Made by a program: the position numbers and the translations under genes. Below the pieces are notes generated by a model. That model ran no database searches and was not told the origin of the DNA. It saw only the letters and a list, made by a program, of their open reading frames with translations. 64,000 nucleotides of DNA from Dimorphilus gyrociliatus (taxonomy: Eukaryota; Animalia; Annelida): positions 186,001-250,000 of the forward strand of contig CAJFCJ010000027.1 of assembly GCA_904063045.1 (NCBI GenBank), written 5' to 3'. Numbering within the stretch: the stretch's first letter is position 1; each line of letters opens with the position of its first letter. Below, piece by piece: positions 27,342 to 39,642 of the stretch.

Positions 27342-29049
27342 AACACTATACTGCTGTAGTTTTCAAGTAAACTAAAATATAACATTTATTGATTAGATAA
27401 GTGTAGAAAAGGTTAAAAGATTTCAAGTGGTATTAGTGTTTATTACTTGTATTTATTTGAGGGAAAATACTTTTCTGTGATTTTCTATTAGAGAGAGAGA
27501 GAGAGAGAGAGAAAGAGCTATTTAACGATTGAACGAAACAGTAAAAAACAAGAAAGAAGACAGCTTCTGCACAAATTATCCTTATTATATTTAATTTTAA
27601 TTGATTTCTTTGATTTCCTAAATATTTCATTCAAGCTGCCTTTTAACTTTAATCGACTGTAATAAAATGAATAAGTAAACAAAACGGATGACAAACGTGA
27701 ATGATACATCTAAACCAAAGAAATTAACTATAAACTATGCCCAATTAAAAAGCGGCTTTAAACGAATGATCCATCTAATAAGAATAGAATTTTATCGTAT
27801 GCAGTGTACGTGCCTCGTTTTGTTTCTCCGTTTTGTTGCCATCTCTTCCTGTCCAACTCTGATGTATACAAACTTATATGAATATGTAAATATTTTTCGG
27901 ATTTCCATATCTATTTTGTTTATTTATTCAATTAATTCATAGATAGAGATTAATATATCTCTAATTAATAGAGATATATTCGTTGCTTTACCTTTAGCGT
28001 TTTTTAATCATTTACCCATTTTATCGTACACCTGATAACATTTACTCTAAAAATTGATAACCAATACCAGATATACATCTTCCATCAGTCGATATCTTCG
28101 TCGCTCCATCTACGCATGCGCAATTTTTTGCGGCGTCAAAAAGGAACATTAGGCCTATTTTTAAAATCAGGTGAGCCCACTTCTGCCGATAGGTGACGTT
28201 ACAGATGCACGGCATCCATTTGCAGTAGCTACAGCAGATTGGAACGGTTGAAGGTGAGTAGTTTTTACAAGCTAGTTGCGTTCTATAAAACAAATTGCTC
28301 TTTCGATTGATTATTATCGCCGAGAGAAAATTGAGATATCAGCGAATTACGCAATACCTAAGTCAAGGAAATCTGACAAACAAAATCGATTAGACAAATC
28401 CGTTTTATCTGTACGCAAACGGAGAATTTGATCTAGTTTCTGAGAGTGCATTTTTATTTCTGTCTGACAAACTTGACAAACCATGAGGGGTTTTTCAGGC
28501 GAAATTAAGGGCAATGAACTGTAGTACGAAATACATTTGCCAGCGGGTAGTTTGTCACTTTTTTTCTTCATCTTTTAATTACTGTTGCGTATGAAAGCGT
28601 CTACAAGTCAATTATGTATTCATTTATGTAAATTGTTGAACTGTCAAACCTCTTTAATCACCATCTGCTTTTCGGTACTTAATATGGAAATCATTAATGA
28701 CTTGTGAAATCTAAGACTATAGTTTTAGTCTCTCAGCTCTGGTTTTCTTTCTTTCTCTTTCCTCTTGTTCTTAGTCTTTTCCATTTCCACTTGTTGTTTC
28801 CAACCGTTTCTTTTTAGCGTACAAACAATTCTAATCTAAAAAAAAACCAAAGCTATGAAAAAAATAGTGGCAAAAATAACAATTGAAAGAATAATAGCTA
28901 CTAATTTTACTATTATATTCATACTTAGCTGAAAATGATCATTATATTTGATAACTCTTCTATATTCTTGCTATTCCCTGTAGTGTTTGCCGTTAGGCTT
29001 AACATGGATTTTATATCTCTTAAATAGTGGAAAATATGTACAGTATATA

Positions 29050-29708
29050 CAGTCGCGATATTAAGTAATTATAACAAGAGTAAAAATATCTAAAATTCGA
29101 AATATCTTGATTTACAAATGAAGTTTATGGTTAGGAATAATTTTTTCTGTAAGAGAGATGACTTATGAGGCATCAGGTGATACTGAATAGGAATTTCAGT
29201 ATTTTCTAGAATGCCTCCAACTGTCGATTTTGGGTTGATCTACATGTTCTTGTGAGTTGCAGTTGCATGCTCCTGGCGATTTTATGTGGTCTACCAGACA
29301 AATGCAGGTCATTTATTGTTTTAAATTGCTTGAACTGATTCTTTACATTCTGCACTGTAACTGGGCTGCAATTAAATTTTGCTGTTATGCCTTGAATGGT
29401 CAATTTTGGCCCGCTTAAGTGGAACAGGATATCTTTGCAGATTTCTAAAGATAGCTGATGCATTTTTTAATATTTCCAAAAGAATGGTATGTTGTAAGTT
29501 CAAGGGAACAATATTTGTAGACCAAATTACTTAATAGCTGTCTAAATTCATAGTATGGTAAAAAAGAAAGATAAATTGATTCTTAAAATATAGATATTTA
29601 CCTGAAATTTTCCATCATGTTTCACAACCATACACTTTATTCCTAAATCAAAATATTTCGATTTTTAGACATTTTTACTCTTCTTATAATTACTTAATAT
29701 CGCGACTG
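29050..29708 (-). mobile_element. Internally deleted Tc1/mariner DNA transposon (659 bp, non-autonomous)
   Basis: Terminal inverted repeats are ta|cagtcgcgatattaagtaattataacaagagtaaaaatatctaaaattcgaaatatcttgattta on the left and the near-identical reverse complement ending ...aatatcgcgactg|ta on the right. Similarity extends over about 90 bp. TA flanks both sides and a transposase N-terminus lies inside. Confidence 0.9.
29206..29463 (-). pseudogene. Tc1-like transposase N-terminal (paired-like HTH) fragment
   Basis: The reading MHQLSLEICKDILFHLSGPKLTIQGITAKFNCSPVTVQNVKNQFKQFKTINDLHLSGRPHKI shows an HTH followed by the GRP(R)-type linker motif. No catalytic domain fits within the element. Confidence 0.8.
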
Positions 29709-32700
29709 TATAGTATATACATACCTTTCTCTCTTCTATGTTGCGTGTAATCTGCATCTTTACCCTCTATTGCAGCTCGCTTGCCGTTTATTGTAAGTGT
29801 AACGTTCAGATTATTTAGAACATGTATATTATATTTTATCTATATATATATATATATAAAGATAGGAGAAGTGTCAACTAAGGCTATTCTTAATTAGCAA
29901 GTATGTTCTTTTCGCTAAACTAGTAGATAATAAGAGTAGGATCAAGAGAGATAGAAAATAGAAAGAGTAAAGAGATTTCTAAATTCTATCTTATTGTATA
30001 AAAAAAATGTGAAAACCGCAATATATTAAAGAAAAACCTCATCAAAAATATTTATTCATGAGAATTTTACCTTTATTAAATTAATGGAATCAGTTGAAAT
30101 TACAAGATTCCCTCCGAAAAATCTCGTTAGCAATTTCTATAAGCATCCTTTCTTCTATGTTAATGTTTATCCATTAACCTTAATCTCTGGTTATTTTTTA
30201 TGCTTTTCAATATTATTATTGTTATAATTGTTTGTATTTTGTCAAGAATTATGATAAAATTCGATAGCAAAGATATTTAATTCTTTTCCTTGGTATTATA
30301 GATAGAATAAAAGGATTTTAATCACTAAGGATTTGACAGATGAATCGAAATGTTACTAAAAGACATTAATGTAGGTTCTCTTGCTTTATTATTTATGCTT
30401 TAAGTGATATTTTTTAATATATATATATATATATATACATATATACATATCTACTCTCTATTTTACATACAAATTTATATATAGAACGATATAGCACCAG
30501 GGTATTACAATATAAAACCTATAAAAGCAAGTTTATGTATATTGTAAGAAAAAAATTTCTTTAGCTATTTTGTCTTTGTTCCTTCTAAAGTAGTATGGAA
30601 AAACTTGGAAAACATATTTCGTTTAGTTCATTTTTTCAGTTTAATTGTCTCTATTTTTACTTTTAATAACCATTAGTTTAGATCCTCTAGTCCAATTACT
30701 TTCAAATTCATACTACATACTCTTTTTTTCTCACACTCACTCGCATCCTACCATTTTCTTTTTTCTTTTATATATTTCTTTCTTTTATCTATTTTTCTCG
30801 CTTTCTCTCTCTCTCTCTCTTTTTCTCTCGCCGCTCTATTTCACTAATCCATCTATTCCTATTCTTGTTTTATTTTCTTTTCCATACTCTCTGGTATTCT
30901 CTCACTGTAGCTCATCCTTCCATTTTCTTTTATTGCTTGAAGTAGTTTTATATTGTTTTCTCTTTTATTGAATTTCTTTTGATGCTGTAACTTTGCGATT
31001 CATAGAAAAGCGTGGTTTTTCCAATAGACTAAGGCTTTATATTTATAAAGCTTTGTATTTATAAACGTTCTGCTCCTATTCATTTATTGACGTTTGATTC
31101 TCAAGGTGTTTCGTTCATCTTCACTCTTCCTCCCTAATGTGATATAGGCTATTGTTATAATTACTAGATTAGATCGCATTAAGTCGAAACTATGATTTTA
31201 CTTGGAAATATAATAAATAAATCCAAAGGTATTGTATACTATGGGCACTGTTTATTTATACAACGCTATAAAGTTTAATTAAAGCTGATTAAATGGATTA
31301 ATGATTAAAACAAAATGGAGATTAAAAGATAATAAGAGGAAAACATTTTAGAACGGTTACGTAACTCAAATCAGATTATAAGCCTATAGAGAGTGAACTA
31401 TCGAAAGGGAATATTGAATATTTGATTCATTTATTTTATTGATTGAACATTGAAGCAATTTTTATTTGATTTATCTTTTAACAAGACGTTTCGTTGCATC
31501 GAAGCTTTTAAGTGTTTGTTTAGCGTTCTTTAAAATCAAGCTTATACATCTTACAACTGCATACTAATTACAGTATAATAAGAATACTCTATTCAATGCT
31601 ATGTATACTTTGAACACTAAACATGGTCTACTTTAGAACTATAGAATTTGTAAAGTTTACGATTCATCGTATGTTCCCCTTATTGTCAGTATTTGAATTT
31701 TGCAGCTTCTACTAGCAGAATGCTTCTACATTTGAGCGTGTATTTTTTTGTGTAAAAAGTGAATAATTATTAATAGAAACTTAAAGGATGCTGAATGGAT
31801 AAAGTAATGCTTCATTCAGAGTATCAATTCTATTACTGTTAGGGCATATTTTTGTTTTTGACCTAAAATAATATATAGTGAAAGATTTTTTTTTCTATTT
31901 ATGCTTCCAAATATGGGTCTTATCGATTTTGTTTAAAGTATCCTAAAAATTGTTAATACTCATTCTATAGAATATACAGTATATATAACTTTTCATATAC
32001 AGTATTAACTGTATACTATATCAACTCTATCTGTAAGCCAGTTTTCCATAAGAGAAATGTCTATAAAGAAAAGACGACCGACTAAGAGAAATGGAAGAAA
32101 GGTGAATTGATTGTTAGAGCTGGAGAAATAAAACTAAAAGCAAATGAGAGAAAAAGTATAAAGTATACAAAAAAAATGAAGTATGTAAGAGAAGAGATTC
32201 TAATATATAGGAAGATACATAGACAAGAAAGCAGATAGTAACAGAAGGAGAGGAGAAACAGAATTAGCAATCGTTATTACTATAGTAATTCCAAATTATT
32301 TTCACCAAGTTTTCTATTCAATGGGAAGATTCAAATGAATTATATCACTAAAATTACAACAAATCCAAAATAAAATTTCTCCGCAAAGAAAGAATTGACT
32401 ATAGAAGACGAGTGTAGAAGGAGAGGAGAAGTAGGGTGAGGGAGGGGGGCGGAGAGAAGTAGAAGTGAGAGAGTTGTAAGAAAGGAAAAGAGAGAGTAGA
32501 TAGGGAGATAGAGAGGAAGGAGACGAGGGGGTGAGATGGGGAAATTAGATGTAATGACAAGAATCTATATATATATATATTTATATATATGCTTAGTATT
32601 TATTTACTTGTTTATTTTAGCTCGAAGGTAAACAGTTTGTTATAAATTTGTAAGAGTTTTAAAATGTTTATTGGTAGTTTTTTTTCAGTCCATTACGTGC

Positions 32701-34409
32701 AAATTCTGAGAAAACATTGACTTAATAATTAAAGAAGTAAGATCTAATAACAGTCTTTATAACACAGTATAGACTGTATATAAAAAGGAATGTTTTACAC
32801 GGCAAGTTCACGTATATACATATATGTATTCATAATATACATATCGAATGTGTAGTTTATATATATAAATGCTAACAATAATAATAACAGTAATTGAGCG
32901 TATATCTACTCTATCTCTGTCTATCTACCTATCTATCAATCTATCTATCTGCCCAGTATATCGGTGCATCCCTCCTTAAACTATTATGAAATTAGGGAAT
33001 GAAATAATAACAAATTTACATTCAAATAAGGAAAAAAATTAATTAAGGAAATATAAAGACTGTACGATTGATTAACAAATTAATCAATCTATTAGGTCTA
33101 AAATATTTCTTTACAAGCGAAATAATAATATAAAAGTCAAGTAGATTAACTTAGTAAACCTCTTATTATTTATATTTTGTCATAAAGGAAAAAGTTGTCC
33201 CAAATAATAACCATATAGACAAAGTAAAGCTAGTCAACACGCAAATCGCATTAGGCCGACTTAAATGTCAGACACATCTCTATTGAGGAAAACCACGAAA
33301 TTATAGCGGCTTTTTCTAATGTACATTGCCTACTTGCACCTGTTCCATTAAACAAGTCAGGTTTCTGCCCTATTAATTACCGCGTAGATGCTGATTGAAG
33401 CTCAAGCAGGACGTCGCTAAGCGTCACTTTATTGTCTTCACAAATTCCTTTTAAAATTGACGGACAATCTGCTAGATTTGTGCCAAACAAAAATATTCCT
33501 ACTAGATATAAAAATCGAAGCAACATGTCTAATAAGGTTACATAAATAGATATCATACATGATTAAAAATAGTAACCAGGTGTACTGAAGAAGATAAATA
33601 ACAGATTTAATCCTTCACGCGTGTCGACAGATTCTTTTTCGTCATTATTCTTTTAATCCAATAAGATTTTCTTTACTGTAAAAAAAAACTTATTCAAGCG
33701 AACCAAAGAAGATTTGGTTCAATTCTATTAAACTACTTTCTATCCTTTTTTCTTCCTATCCCTTTTAATTCTTACATACTCCCTCCCTTATTTCTTTCCC
33801 TTTGTCGTATTGTTGTCTGTATGCTTAATACGTAATACGTAAAACTCACAGCGAAATCCTATAAAGGTAGTTGTACGTGTATCTTTTACATATGTCTTTG
33901 AAGAGGAATAGACAAGCGGCTCTAAAAGCTATAATTATACACAGACTAAAATATTAATATAGATTTTCACCATCGTTCAACTAAACAGTTTTAATATCTG
34001 TAAAACTAAGAGAAACTATAAACTATGAAAGAGAGCTGTATTTTTTTTTTACCAAACTACGCTTGGGCTAGTCATGTAAGCGTAGACTTTCCAAGGACTG
34101 ATCATATCACAAAAGGATAATTTTGTAGTAAAGTACTCTTGAAAACATAAGCCGCTGATCTTATTGTGTTCCTTTGTGCGTTTGGTAATTATTTTTGCCA
34201 AAATATTCCAGTGCATAAGCAAAGAATTAACTATATTTTTCCCTCTTATCAATATTCTTATTGGTTGATTTCAATTTAAATCTCAATTCCGAACATAAAT
34301 TCATCACCGCACACCACATTTTTGTTGTTTTTTTTTTTAAAAGAAAACAACTCTAATGCCCCTTTATAATTACCTACTTATCCTTCAATTAACTACTATA
34401 TTGTGTATT

Positions 34410-34418
<9 letters not shown>

Positions 34419-34445
<27 letters not shown>
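34419..34445. repeat. (AC)n microsatellite
   Basis: Directly visible run. Confidence 0.95.
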
Positions 34446-34449
<4 letters not shown>

Positions 34450-34496
34450 TCGTACGATTTTCCAGTACGTCTCTTATGGGTGATATTGTCGCCTTA

Positions 34497-34511
34497 AGCG
34501 CCATCTAGGAG
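34497..34511 (-). promoter_or_regulatory. CTCF-like motif (also YY1-like)
   Basis: The minus strand reads CTCCTAGATGGCGCT, close to the CTCF core CCACTAGATGGCGC. This is a motif match only. Confidence 0.35.
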
Positions 34512-34881
34512 CATTGATGTAAATCTTTTGCTAAAGAGATTAAAGATTACGATACCTGTTTTAGAGTTGTACAAAAGAGTTATATTTAGCGAAACTAATA
34601 CTTAATAGATTAAAATAAATTCTTTGTCTTATTAGGAGTTTTTAGATAAAAAGAAAAATGTTTGATGTAATTTTCGAAGTCATAATAGACCTTTTTTCTT
34701 GCTAAACTACAACGTTATAAACTGTTATCTGTAGTCTTTTACAATGATTCTATAATAATTCTATATTAGAAAAGAGTCTATTAAAAAACAGTCATATCTC
34801 TTATCAGGGAAAAACGAGCGAGGAATAACAGCTTAGAAGTATACTCTCTGTATTTAGATTGGTAAATAGAGTAAAGATACT

Positions 34882-34909
<28 letters not shown>

Positions 34910-34913
<4 letters not shown>

Positions 34914-36027
34914 AATCTTCATAAAAATTGGAACACCTCGAATTTTGAATAGGCCAACATCTTAATAATCTTTTTCACTAAGAAAAAAGACTTTTTTTTA
35001 TTTTTTTTTCATAAAATGTTAGATTAAACTTTAATTTATATAAAATTTTCTTTCAAATAGGATTTGGGTAAGATTTTACATAATTTTTTGTTTGTTTATA
35101 GTAGGTACTGTTTTATTGACTATTTTTTCTTATTTGGCCGCGCTTCATAATAATTGGAACAGGAGAAAAAATGTTCATATTAGTCTTATTTTTGGATTTG
35201 ACTACCATCTTTTTCAATACATTGCCTGATCATATGCCCCATTCCATCATATAGACCTGGTAACAGCCCTGGCTACTCTTTTATAAGCTCAAAAGAGCAT
35301 TTTTAATTTTTTTCCATAATTCATCCTCAGATTTGAATTGTGGACCATCATATACCAGGTTTTTGGTGAGGTGCCATATGTTCTCAATTGGGCTGAGATC
35401 TGGGCTCTTTGCTGACCAATCAAGAGGGTGGATACCATTCATCTGATATCTTTTTTTCCTCAATCTCTTCAATAACAGGGAGAACATCTTCCACGATAAA
35501 ATGGCTATAGTTTTCACCATTAAGTTTTTTCGTTATCCTCCACAGCTCAAAGATACCATCAGATGTTATTAGCCCCCAGACCATTACTCCACCTCTGCCC
35601 ATATTTTTTGTCACCCTAAAGTCTTTTTTGCCATCTTTGGTTTAAGTATAAAAATGATCTGGCCCACTCAGTGAGAATCTAGCATCGTCACTGAATATTA
35701 CTTTAGACCAGTCTAGATTATCACTGATCATCTCAAGGCAGAAATTTTTTCTTCTCTTGCAATTTTTTTTTTGTGAGATCAGGTCTTTGTCTAACTCTCT
35801 TATACTGCTAACAGAAGAGGGTGCCAATCCTAAAGCTCTTGCTGTGGCCCGTAGTTTTCCTAAGTCATTGTATTTCTTGAATACAAGATCCCTAAGTCAA
35901 GTGAGTGTTCCAATAATTATGAAGTGCGGCCAAATAAAGAAAAAATTGATGAAAATTACCAAAAATATTTTGCTTATAATATTTAAATTAAAAATTTACG
36001 GTGTCCTAATTCTTATGAAGTTTACTA
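34910..36027 (-). mobile_element. Defective Tc1-family transposon with IR/DR-type ends (1118 bp), inserted in a (TA)n tract
   Basis: Outer repeats aagtaatcttcataaaaattggaacacc (34910-34937) and the reverse complement of 36000-36027 match at 23/28. Inner repeats 35131-35161 and 35906-35936 are inverted copies matching at 29/31 and share the cttcataannaattggaaca core with the outer repeats. (TA)n lies on both flanks. Confidence 0.88.
35186..35897 (-). pseudogene. Frameshifted, internally deleted Tc1 (DD34E-type) transposase
   Basis: Fragments occur in order across frames: HTH LRATARALGLAPSSVSSI; DWSKVIFSDDARFSLSG (first catalytic D); GRGGVMVWGLIT; LDWSAKSPDLSPIENIW (catalytic E); C-terminal LYDGMGHMIRQCIEKDG. 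The segment with the second D (QQDNA-type) is missing. Confidence 0.92.
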
Positions 36028-38188
36028 TATATATATATAGAGAGAGCGACTCGTATTTAAAATACCTCCACTTTCACCTAGTCTTAGAAAATTTAAATGT
36101 TCTTTTAAAACGGAGGAGAATGAGGAGGAAGAGCAGAAGAAACAGTTGTGGTAGGAGGATAATGAGGGGGAGGAACAAGGAACCGCAGCTCTCAACATTT
36201 TTAAATTACACTCTTTCTTTGAATCTGGTCAGCAAATGAAAAAACCCCTTCTAGGTAATCTTTCTTTAATAACGAGCAACTAAGTAAGATGATGACTAGT
36301 TCTCACTCTGAATTGTCGAGGTTTAGGATGAAATTAGAAACCTTTAATGCTTTTGTAATAGACTGTTATAAATAGTTAAGGAAATTGGAAATATTTATAA
36401 TAATAAACCAACTGAGAGACTTTATATCAGATTTTGGCATTTTTTTCATTCCTTTTTCTTTCTTTAGTTTTATATTAATGCAAGATTAAGCCGTCACGAA
36501 ACTTCCGGACCAGAAAAGTATCTCCCAGATTTTTTATGGTATCTTAGACAAGTTGAAAATAGTAATATACCAGATATATAGAAAAAGGAGACAGGGACAG
36601 AGAGAGAGAGAGTGAGGAAAGGAGATAGAAAGATAGCAAATAACAGTGAGAAAAGAAGAGAGACAGAAACAGTAAGAGAGATGTAAATATACAAGCTCTA
36701 ATTATAAGAGTAATATTTAATATACAGTTTGACATACCACATGTATGTTTTATATATATATATATATACCCCGCTTAGTGGCAGCTATCGCATGCAAGTA
36801 GTTAAAAATCAATGCCTTCTGACATTGTTTAGTTTGATTATATTTCATTTTAATTCACAGCTCTAGAGGTTTTTAGTTATAATATTTCCAAGGAATATCG
36901 TCGATTGCAACACAATCGTACATAAAATGATAAAAATATGACTTTTCACAGACAGATGACAAATTTGAGAGCTTTCTCCCATATTCCCTGCTTCTCATAG
37001 TCTTATGAGCTATATACATTTTCTCATTATAATGTTCCAGGTACGCTTACGATTATATTACGATGCTGGAAAGAAAAGACATATATATATATATAAGTAT
37101 ATACAATATATATACTCTATATATACAGTATATATTTTTATATTACGAAAAGAAAATCATTAATTTTCCGTCATTACTGTAAAAGAGAGAGAGATGGGAG
37201 AGATGGGAAAGAAGAGATTTCTTCAAATTCGATAGACGAATTCTCTATGAGAAAGTAAATAAATAAGTGAAAATCGCTGAGCCGTTACAAATGATCTATA
37301 GTCGATTAAAATTCATGGTACTTAATAACTAAGTGTAAAAGGTTATTTAGTTCAAAATTGAGGTTGATTGCCTGTTAGGAAGGAGTATGGCTTTATTCTT
37401 TAAATATCGTCAATTAATTCGTCTAATTCTCTTAGAGAAAGATTAAGTAAAGGAGAGATTTACTTAATTAGTTCATTTTTTAATTAATTTACTTTTTCTC
37501 TTCTTTCATTTAAAGGATTAAAATTTAAATCCTTTTCTCTATAATTCGCCTTTCTTTACATAAAGACAAAGTCTCACATTTCATTTATGAACGTATAAAT
37601 GATTATATCTACAGGCTTCAGAAAATGATCACACACGCATACCTATTCTCACAATAGAAGCACTTAATTATCCAAGGCTGCCAGAGAATTGTCCTAGCAA
37701 CAGTTCTCCTTATAAAATGCTATAGAATACCAAATAAAACACGAGAGTTTAACCAATAATTAAACGATCGACTTTGGTTTGTTCCGCCAAAGGAAAACAC
37801 CAAAAAGGATGTTCCATTGTTTATTTAATATACAGTCTATATACCGTCTATAATATACTCTATTGCCTTCTTTTATTCTCTTTTCTTATATGAACTAATA
37901 TCGAGTGGGAATAGAGCAAAATGTAAACCTAATGTTAAAAGATAAAGCCAAAAGGGGCAAGGAGTGCTTTGTCTGTTGTCCTTAAGATGCGAATACTTTG
38001 CGTAATTATATTCATATTAAGATCGACAGTTTGTCGCCTTTGCCTGCAAGCGTTGTTGAGTAGGCAAACGAAATATTCTCTGTGTTAATCATTTAATACT
38101 ATCCATTAGGATAAAAATAGACTGGCAGATTTCTTGTTTTATTTCTTTGGAAACTAATTAGAGAAATAAAGTGAGAAGAGAGATAATT

Positions 38189-38228
<40 letters not shown>

Positions 38229-39617
38229 AATATGCTATATACATCAATCGTATTATATAGGCGTATGTATATCCATATATACAATATACGTTTAACTATT
38301 GAACTATATATAAAATCTCACGAAAATAATCAGAGAAACGTTTAGGGAGGGAATTAGTCGAGGTAAGAAATTAAATTCTGAATTTACAATTCAATAAGTT
38401 GATACTACAAAAAAATATAATCTAGATAAATGAGAAGTGTTAAAAAAGAGAGAAGTGAGAGTTAGAATTAAGAATGAAGGATTTCAATAAGCCAACTTTG
38501 CTGAAACCTTAAAATACAATATTCCTATTTTTTTTTCAGTCATTACTTTTTCTTTGTCTCAATCAGTTGATTTTATTAAAAGTATAAAGAATTTATCAAT
38601 GAAAAACACGGTAGCGAAATATAGAAAGAGAGAATTTTTTTTCTTATCTTATTAGACTTTAGTGCATCTGCCATCTTTTAAGTACTTATCTATCTTTTTT
38701 TTTAATAAAGCGTGATTTATTTATAAAGGTAGATTGCTAAATTTTCTCTTCCACTCTCTTTCTTCTTCTTGTTTCTTAAGTTTAATCAATTTCAAAGTAC
38801 ATTTGTTATTTCCTTTTTTTTCCTTTAAACAGTTTAATATAAGCCTATATAGTGTATATGAATAGAGATAGCATGTATACTAGATGGTATTTATTGTCGA
38901 AGTAGTGGCGACAATAAATGCACGAGTTGTTATAACGAAGATCTGAAGGGCTTAAAACTAAAAGACATCACAAAGGTAAATTAAGGTCTCGGCTGCTAGA
39001 TGAAATTAGAGCAAACTGTATTTTAAAGGAAAACTTCAATAGGACATTAAAGCAAAATTATATTCTATATACCATAGTTTTATATGACAAAGAATTTATT
39101 CAATCGATAATGTTGCCAGTGCATGCATTCTTTATAGTATTTTTTAGAATGAAATGCTTTTTACCTTGATCCTATATGTTTAGGTAAATTTATCTAAGAA
39201 ACTTAGACGTAATCAATGGACTAATCCTTCATAAAAAGTAACGGTTTCACGCGTTGCTCTTTTTCTTTTTTCCTTTTTAATTTCTCTATTTTTGTGTTTT
39301 CTATGGCTTTGTTTTATTTTTGGTTCTTTGTATTCCATTTTATACATCTCTATATTTATCTTTTTAAATATTTATCCTTTATCCATCATTTCTAACATCC
39401 GTCCGTTCGTCTACTCTAGTTTTTCATTACATTTAACAACTCTGTAAACTTTGGACCTTTGCCCTTACAAAGCCATAAAGTCTTTTACGAAATATCTCTC
39501 TGGGACCCGACTTTTAGCTATAGAATCTACGTAATGTTTTGAAATTGAACAATACTGACTTACCATCTCTTTAGCGTAGTACATACAGTACATTTTATAT
39601 ATTTATGATTCGCTTTC

Positions 39618-39642
39618 TCATTATTTCTTTCTATTTCTGCAG
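39618..39642 (+). other. 3' splice acceptor immediately upstream of the GPCR start codon
   Basis: The sequence ttatttctttctatttctgcag|ATG is a long pyrimidine tract plus CAG directly abutting the ATG at 39643. Confidence 0.8.

Noticed and set aside
28347-28571. ORF with VCQVC as a zinc-finger or transposase fragment
   Set aside because: The CxxC arises from the tandem GTTTGTCA motif, and no second zinc-ligand pair is present.
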